Shown piece by piece: positions 1 through 9,000 of a stretch of 64,000 nucleotides of DNA. Position 1 is the stretch's first letter. Every line of letters begins with the position of its first letter. The notes beneath the pieces were generated by a model. The model made no database searches. It was given only the letters and a program-made list of their open reading frames with translations, and was not told the DNA's origin. Position numbers and translations under genes: made by a program. Origin of the DNA: Verrucomicrobiota bacterium (GTDB taxonomy: Bacteria > Verrucomicrobiota > Verrucomicrobiia > Opitutales > Cerasicoccaceae); assembly GCA_039818205.1 (NCBI GenBank), contig JBCBUK010000001.1:416001-480000 (forward strand). The letters are read 5' to 3'.

Positions 1-2
1 AA

Positions 3-3000
3 TTCAGCAGCCGTAATCAAGCTACTATCAAGCAGGGCAATGGTATTGACGTCGTCATCCGGGCCAACAAGGCCAGCAGATTCCAATTCAGCCTGAGTCA
101 GTGCTGTACCGGTAGTCAACTGCGTAACGGTGAATGACTCGACGGTGCCAAACAGTTGCTCGCGGGTGACCGCTCCTAAGTCGAGGTAATCCTGTAGCCT
201 CAATACACTGCTGTCGATTCCAGCTAGCGTGATCTGGTTAAAGGCAGATGCCGCAAGGTATCCGCCTGAAATCAGCGCATCATAGCTTGTCAAACCTTCG
301 TCGACCAAACCAGTAGTCAGCACGCGATCCGACAGCTGCCCAGCGCCGACCAAGTCAGCAAAGCTTGCGAGTGAGGCATTGATCACCGTCAGGGCGTCGA
401 TCTCATCGACCATAAGATCTTCAGCGATCAAGTCACTAAACACGAGCGCAACTTCATCGACCAAGGTCGTTGCCGCAATGGTTTCCGTCGCGAAACCGGC
501 TCCGACCAATTCCCCGTATTCGATCAGATTATTCGCCAAGATTGAGCTGATCGTAACTGGATTATTCAGATCGATTCCAGCATTGGTCAGCGCAGTGTTG
601 GTCGTCAGGCCAGCAGAGACCAAATCAGCTGCGGCAATTCCAGTGTCACCCAAAACACCCGCTGCAACCAAGTCATCGAAAGTGGTCAAACTTGTGCGGA
701 GTAATTCTTCAATCGAAACCGTCCGATCATCGACCAGATCGCTCGCACTCAAGTCGGCATCGGTCACTAGACCTGCGCTGATCAACTGTGTGATCGAAAG
801 TGTATCGGACACAATACCGGCACTAATCAAGGCATCAATCGTTGTGATGCCATCGCCAATCAGCGATTGAGCCGATTGCGTTCGGGCTTGCGCGAACAAC
901 TGATCAGGCGTCAAAGCGCCACTTGCTAGTAGCAGCATCAACTTCTCGCTCGTGAGGTCAACCGAACCAAACAGCGCTGCCGATGGATCCAGCAGACCCT
1001 CGGTCGTGAGGAAGTTCAAATCCAACAGGCCAAGCGCATCAAAGTCTTCTAAGCTGAATCGGTGTAGATCGAGGGTAAAGTCGATTGGCAGAACAATCTC
1101 TTGAGTCACCGGATTGTAGCCGACTTGCTCACCTTCCAAGAGAACACCTGAGGCGTTGATCTCGCTCGCTAATGCTTGCAAAGTGCCCGCTGCCTCAAAA
1201 TCAATCTGCGAGAGGACGAGCAACTCAAAGGCGAATCCAAAGTCGAGCACCTCGCCGAGGCTTTTTTCCAGATAAGGAACGCGCTTGTTGAATAGCTCGG
1301 TTTCGTTGACCGTGGCCAACCACTCATCCTTGATCGCGTTTAGCTGGGTCTCAAAGTCACCAACACGAAGCTGGGCAAAGTCACGCAGGTTATCGAAATT
1401 CTCGAGATTTAGCGGTCCGCTTGTCGACGGAAGCAAGTCGCCACTATAGCGGATGCGAGCATCCTGGCCGAGGGTAACATCCTGACCGGCCAACTCTGCG
1501 AAGACCGGTAGGTTGATGTCGAAGGCACCAGTTGAATTCGTATCGATTGTGTCCGAAGCCAGCACGAGGGTCGTGCTGCCATTGAGGCTCAAGCTAGCTG
1601 AGCCAAGATCGCCAGGCGTACCAATCGAAACCTCTAGATCGCCAATCAGGCTATCGAACTCGAGGCCACTCGCGAAAGCGGTTATCAAGATTTCGTTGCG
1701 GAAGCTCAGCCCCTCGGTTCCAGAGAAGCCATCGAGATCGGCAACAAACGTCAAGTGGGCGTTGACCGCTCCTGAGAGTTCCGCCAGGGCGTCGCGCACC
1801 AAGTCACTGATCAGATCAGCATCCGCACCAGTTGCACCCAGATCAAATTGGTCCAGCTCGCCTAAAGCCAGTGGAATATCAAGCTCCACCTTCAGTTGAC
1901 GGGTAGCACCGTCGTAGGAAGCGACCGTTGCTGGTACGGCTGTTTGCAGCGCCGAAACGAAATCCTGGACCGTGTCAATTGTATCGAAATCAATCAGCGA
2001 AAGGACGTTTGTTTTGAAGGCGTCATCGAAACCAAAGATGTCTCCAATCGAAGCGCCCAGCATTGGTATATGAGCGCTGAGAAAATCATCTTGCTGCAAC
2101 GTTTCACCCCACTGCCCGACCGTCTGGAAAAGCTCATTTAGGTCCGCGACCGCTAGTTCTGCAAAGTAAGCAAACTCCTGGAAGTTTTCGGCATTGAACG
2201 AAACCGCCGATCCCAGTTGGCCATCGAATACATCGCCATTCAAACGGATCCGTGGCTGGTTTGCCGTTAAGTCATGAATAGCAGTACCGGCGAGTTCAGC
2301 GTATATCGGCAGGTTGATGTCCAGCGAGCTATCTGCCGAGACACCATAAACACCCTCGGCCAAAGTCAGGCTTCCGTTAACGTCTAGATCAAAGGAGCCC
2401 AATTGAGCGCTGGATTGCCCGAGATTCACCGCCAGATCTCCAACGCGGGCAGGCAGCTCGATATCGCTGCGATCGACTTCAACGGTGAAGTCAAACTTGT
2501 CGACCGTGAGGCTTCCGATTGGCATATTGTCTGCCCATCCAACGGCGATCGTGAAATCCAGATCAGCGGTAACGTCCAGATCCAGGCTCGCGGTCTCCTC
2601 AGCAGTTAGGCCAAGCGCCAACGCTTCATCACCAAGAACGAGCGCCGCGCTGCGCGAGTAAGTGACCTCATCGTCGATGCCAAAGGTAAAGCCAGTGATC
2701 TTGCCGTCAGTCCGCTGGAAAGTCACCTTGAGCGGGGCTGCCCCCAGGAGAGCACCTCCAAAAAGCTGGCTGAACCAGTTGGCTTCGAGGTAGCTAAGCA
2801 AACCTCCGATGCTTGGCTCTTCATCCTCACTGAATGGGATTGGATCGTCCGCCGGGAACGGCTGGTTTGGATTGAGCGAGCGGAAAAGGTAATGGTCGAT
2901 GTAGTCACCCAATTGCGTGAAGACAGTCACGTCCGTCAAATCACCCAAGGTCGCATTGGTGCCTGGAATCGCCTGAGTGAGGATCTCCTGAACGGCGGCG

Positions 3001-6000
3001 GTAAAGCTCTGTTTGAATCCGATAAGGTCCGCCGATAATCCTTGCAGCGCCCGAGAAAGCTGATCGATAACCGCCTCACGCTCAAATGCACTCGTGGCAA
3101 TCGCAACGGTCATATCGAAGCTACCTAAGCGGGTGCGCACTTCAGCGAACGGTGAGGAACCCGTCGAAACGTAGCCACCATCGGTGATAAACTCCGAGCG
3201 GCTACGACCAATATCGGCAACTAAGTCGGTGGTGACCGCCGAGAAATCGAGAATACCGCCACTGTCGTCCTTCAAGCGGTCATCGCCAAAGTTGTTTCCA
3301 AAATAAAACGTATCGATACCCGTACCACCGTCGAGCGAGTCGTCTCCAGTGCCACCAAAAATCGCATCCCAGCCAGCACCTGCTTCAATGCGGTCGGCAC
3401 CCGAGCCACCGATCAATACGTCGCCACCGGAGCCGCCAAAAATATCGTCGTCACCCGCTGCGCCTTCAATGCGGATGCCACCAACCGAACGGGAACCGTC
3501 GAGTTCGTCGTCACCAACGCCACCGCGCAAGATGCTACCCGAGCGCGTTCCAGCGATCAAAACATCATCACCAACGCCGCCGTCGAACTCGACAGCCACA
3601 CCACTCAGGCCAGATGCATCAAAGGTATCATCACCTTCGCCGCCATCGGCAACCACCTTATTTACGTTGAAGTAGGTGGTGGTGTATTCGCCATACTGCA
3701 CGGTCACGGTACCGCCCGAGCCCGAAAGCGTGTATGCTTCGCCACCGTCCTCGGTATCAATGTATAGGCGCATCCCCGCGCGAGATCCTGTGTGCAGATA
3801 GAGGGTTCCATCGGCTTCACGATGAGCCAATACAGGCTCGACATCCGGCGCTTCAAAACTCCAATTAAAGAGGTCGAACTCGGCGAGAGTAAGTTCCCAA
3901 TCCTGCTCAACTACGAGCAAATCAACATAGGCGAAGAGAAAAATTCGGGCGCGTAGCTCAGCGGAAAGGTCAACCAAGTTCAACAGACCGCCGAGGTCCT
4001 CCAAGTCGAACACACCATTGTCTTCCGGCACGTTGCCGTCGATATCTGGCGGAGTGTAATTGAAAAGAGTCGCGACTTCCGAACCACGGATCTTTCCGTC
4101 GTCGTTAATGTCGTTCAGGTCGATCTCGCCTCGGAAAATAATCTCACCGGCGGCACCAGCACCGGCGATCCCGACACCTACTCCACCCTTCAGTCCAATG
4201 TTTGCATCGATGATGAACTCAGGTTGATCCTCAGTTCCATCCAAACCGAAGTCCGAGAGGAAGAAACCGTCCAACAACCACGCATAGTTGTTGTTTTCCA
4301 GTGCCTTGCGTGCACCAAAAGTATCGTAACCAAAGGCGAGGTCTGCTGTTGCTTTGAATCCGCCAAATGCGGCAATTTCAATCGGAACGGGTCCCGCCGC
4401 AAAGCGGCCAATGATCTTGTCGAAGCTGAATTCAACTTCGAGCAAGGGCATCTCATAGGTAAAGAGCGTTGCATCCTCACCCTGAAGCAGCTTTGCCCAG
4501 TTGCCGATGTCCGTAATGTATTCCAGGAACTGGAAACCCCGGCGTTCGGCAGTCGCTTCGCCACCACCGAGACTCTCTTCTTCGATCTGAACAAGCCCTT
4601 CCGACAACGTAGAGCTGCCTACGGTGCTGAACTTGCTGGTCCACTGGACATCGCCCGTGGCCAAACCAGTGATATCACCGAGTAAGATGACACCCGTTGG
4701 CTTACCGGATCCATCGAGCTGGAAGAGCTGATTGATTCGATCCGGCAGGGTCAGCATGTTCTGAGCGGCATAGACAAACGACCAATCAATCTGGTCACGT
4801 CCCTCCAGATTATTTACGAAATTGATGATCCCCAGGATGTTCGCATCATCCTCTTCAAAACCGATATCAACCAGTTCTGGAATTGGGTTGAGAAGCGCGT
4901 CAATGAAGCCGCGGAATGGCTCCAAGTTTTTCGCGATCTCAATGACGGTTGGCTGGAGGAAGTCCGTTACCAGGCTGCCCGCATCAACACCAAGGTTAGT
5001 GATGCGCAGATTCGGGGCGGACAAGCCGGTGTCGTCGTCATACGACATATCGAAGCGCAACTCACCGACGAGCTTCGGAATAAAGTTTGCCTCGGGAACG
5101 GAAAGCTGAAGACCAAGATCAACATTGGCCGCAACGTTGTAGTCGAGCTCGATGACATCCGAGACCTCACGCGCCGAAATAATGCTATCGAGAGTCAGAC
5201 GGTTGCGCTCATTTGTGCCGCTCTTCAGGTCGACGTTCAATGTTCCAAAGAGGCCGCTTTGCCCTGGATTCAAATCGCTAACGGCGAGTTCCAAGAAGCC
5301 CAGGCTACCAGAACCAGAGAATGGCGTGATGGCACTTGGATTCGTCGGAGACCCATCGAGGTAAACGGCAACATCGACACGAAGCTCAGGATCTCCGGTC
5401 GGGTCTCCGGAATTAGCCGCGTCTGTCGGGTCATTAAGCGTGAGGAAGAATCCGTCTTGGACACTGAGTCCAAATCCGAAGTCCAGTTCCCAGTCCAACT
5501 CAACACTGACGCCACCATCGATATCGAGACCGATGCCAGGCAAGTCGAAATCGATTGGGATATCAACACCGGTATTCAGAACCGTGCCACCGAGTTGGAA
5601 ATCGAACTCCAACGCCTCGGCATCTAGTGGTGGCAATTCGTCTTCGACCCACGCTTCCGTTGAGCCGTCGTCCAGGCGCCAACGCAGCGCCACATCACCT
5701 TCGTCGGCAATATTGTTTCCATTGCGATCGCGTAACACACCCAAGCGCGTTCCGAGTACGGTTACGAGAGCATCGCGAATGAACTCAGCAGGTTGCGTCT
5801 CGTCGAGTGTTTGCTTTAGCTCAGCCACGAAACCGCGGCGGATATCCAAGATAAAATCCGAAAGGCTGTAGAGGCGCTCACCCATTAGCGGGATATTTTG
5901 AGCCAGGCCACCGCGGAGAACATCCTCAACCGCGCCCAGAGCAAGATCAACGCCGTCGACAATGTAGACCGGGTCGTTAAGGAGCGCAAGGATTGAGAAA

Positions 6001-9000
6001 TCGCCTCCGAAGGCTTCAAACGTGCCCACGACATTACCGAAATCGAAGACCACTGCAGGCGGCTCGTTCTCTGGCAATGGCTCCTTGCTGGCCAGCTGCT
6101 GCAGCAGTGTCATCAGGGCTTGATCACCGTAGAACGGATTCGTCTGGATAACGATCGGGTCGAGCTCAAGCGAGGTCTCCCCAATCGTCATAAGCAATGG
6201 GAGCTCAATGTGAACGCTACCCAACAGTTCCCATATGATATTGTCCGAAATGCTCTCGCTGACGCGATACTTGCCATCGTCACCCGGGGTTCCCGCACCT
6301 GTCAGGAAGATCGACAATTCCGCAAAGTCGTCGTCAGTAATCGAGGAGCCATCGCGATCAATGATAATCTGGCCATCTGCGACTGCCAAATTCAGTGGGC
6401 CAACCTTAAAGCCCAAATCCAACCCGGTGCCGATTACGCGAGTGCCCAGAGTCAACCGAGTGCCCTCGCCTGTCGCAGCACTGTAATCGTATAAGAAAAC
6501 GTCCGGACCACCGGGTGAGGTCAACGACTTCAAGTCGATACCGAGATTCAAGATGGCCTCAATCTTTCCCCACAGTTGCAGGTCGGCCGACGCACCAACA
6601 CCAACAAGATCGGTCAGTTGCTCAATATTGTCCAGGTAATCAAGATTGTCCGCACCGGAGATATCTTTGATCGCCGAGAGATCGAGGTTGAAAGTCACCA
6701 GCGAGGAAACCATCCGTGACCAATCGACATCCACCTTTAGGACGTCATTATCGATGCTCAGCTCGAAGTCGTCATCCGCAAGACCCAGGGCGTCCTCGAT
6801 GATTGTTTCAAAGCCTTGGATCAAACCACCTTCTTGGTCAGCTGCCGCCTGAATTTGCTGGGCTAGCTCGCTCGTAAAGTCGAATACTTCTTCCAGGGTG
6901 ACATCGAGTCCCGGAAGACGAGCATCGTAAAGTGGCGTGTCGCTCAATGAATCCTCAACAAAGCTCAGCCCAACCTGAAGAGCCGCAACTACGTTGTCGA
7001 AGGTGATGTTTTTAACATCGAGCAAACTGCCGAGATCCGGGAGGACGGTGGTTGCCGTAGAAAGATCTGAAAGATCAGAAATCGAGATTCCGATCGTCTC
7101 GCTTTCGTTTACGAATAGGTCGCCGAAGTCGGAATCAACTTTGATTCCCTGCAGCTGAGCGGAAGCCGCGCCGCTATAGTCAAAGTAGAACGCATCACGG
7201 AAGGTATTACGGACCAATTCGCGAAGCCCAAAGGACTGGTCGTTGGTCGTGTTAAGATCACCGTCGAGATCTAAAGCCGCGACCACACTCGCATCCAAGT
7301 GAACCCCGGAGCCATCAACTCCTTCGCCGATAGTCAGACCCAGGCTACCGAGTCGAGCCTTGGCGACAAAGTCCTCGACGTCCAACTTCGTATCCGCACT
7401 CAGGCGGGCACCCTGAACAAGGATTTCGAAATCGCTGTTATTGTCCGCGCCATCAAGGTCAAAGACCAAGTCAACGGCGGCATTGACATCGATACCCAAG
7501 GACGCAATGGCCTCAGTAGTTAGCTCAAACAGATCTGCATCGGACAGGTCGAGTCCAAGATCCAAGGGCAGATTATCAAACGGAGTCAGCGATGCCGAGT
7601 AGCGGATCGGCAGGATAATTTGATTCTCAACGGCATCGTAGCTGACCTGTGCACCATCTGGGAGCACCAGCTTGTTCGCAACCTCGACAAAAAATTCTTG
7701 CAGATTGGTAACGTTGCTGAGATCGAGCTTCGAGAGATACCCTTCGTTAAAGGATTCTGCAAAGTCGACGACGTCACCGAGGTTAACCCCGGCAAATGGG
7801 ATCTCGACGTCAAAAATGTCGTAGCCAACAACGTCGCTCAGCCAGAGCGAGATGTCGTCCAGCGCGACAAAGAGATCGGAAACTTCGAAGCGAGAAAAGT
7901 CTGTTAGGCGGTCGAAACCGTTTGCTTGGACGTCGACACCGCTCTCACCTGCTCCCGGGAAAAGCTTGCCCGCAGCAGTTACTCGAAGGTCCGTTCCCTC
8001 GGACAAATCGACACTTCCAAGCGAAGCGGAGATCGGCAGGTTTATATCAACGTTGCCGTCAAAAATTGGTGAGAACGCGCCGCCGGTGTAAGAGAAGCCA
8101 CCGGTCAGATCAATCGCCGCCGTGCCTTTCTCGGCTCCTTGGCCGACGCCGACCGCGAGTGGTCCTACAGCCGCATCAAAGGTAAGGTCTTGGGAATCGG
8201 CGCCTGCGCCAACAGAGAATTCATTGAGGTTGAAACTCGTTGCACCCGTGTTGAAGTCCACCCCGAAGTCGAAATCGACCGTGAAATCCAAATCGAAATC
8301 AACTGTTCCATCCAGGGTCAGGCCAAGGTTCTCCGCCTCCTCACCCAAGGCGAGACGAGCAGTCCGGGTCGCGGTGTTATTAGCGCGGAAAGCAAACGCA
8401 ACGCCTGAGGTTGTGACCGACCAGGTGAGCGCAAAATCGTCCTCTGAAATGAAGCTCAGCCACTCGTTCGAGAGAAAGTCGATGATCTCGGGAAGCGTTG
8501 GGAGCGCATCGCCAGTCTGCCAGGTCGTTGGATCAAATTGTTCGAGGTAACGTTCGAGGGCATCCCCCACTTCGAGGTAGCGGTCAAGACCACTAAAAAG
8601 CTGATTGAGCGTCAGATTTGTCCCCAGGATCTCGGTGTCGAGAATGTCCTGGAAATTAAAGTCTGCGAACACCTGCTGAAGCTCATCAGCAAGATCCAAA
8701 AGGTATTGGAACGCGATGTCGGTGAGATCTGAGATCAGCGCTGGGATCAAATTCTCAAATCCGGAGGTCGAAATCTCCGCGTCAACGAAATCAAACAAGT
8801 CCGCGTCGATGATCGAAAGGCGAGCACTCTCTCCGCTCACGCTCAAGGGGAGAATCAACTCAATCGATCCATTGGCGGTTGGGTTGACGAGGTAATCAGC
8901 CGCACGCAGCTCAGTGAGCGTCAAGCGGCCATCGCCTGCGGAATCTGCAAGACCAATGTTTAGATCAAGCGCAAGATCGAGACTCGCGCTCTCCGTATCG

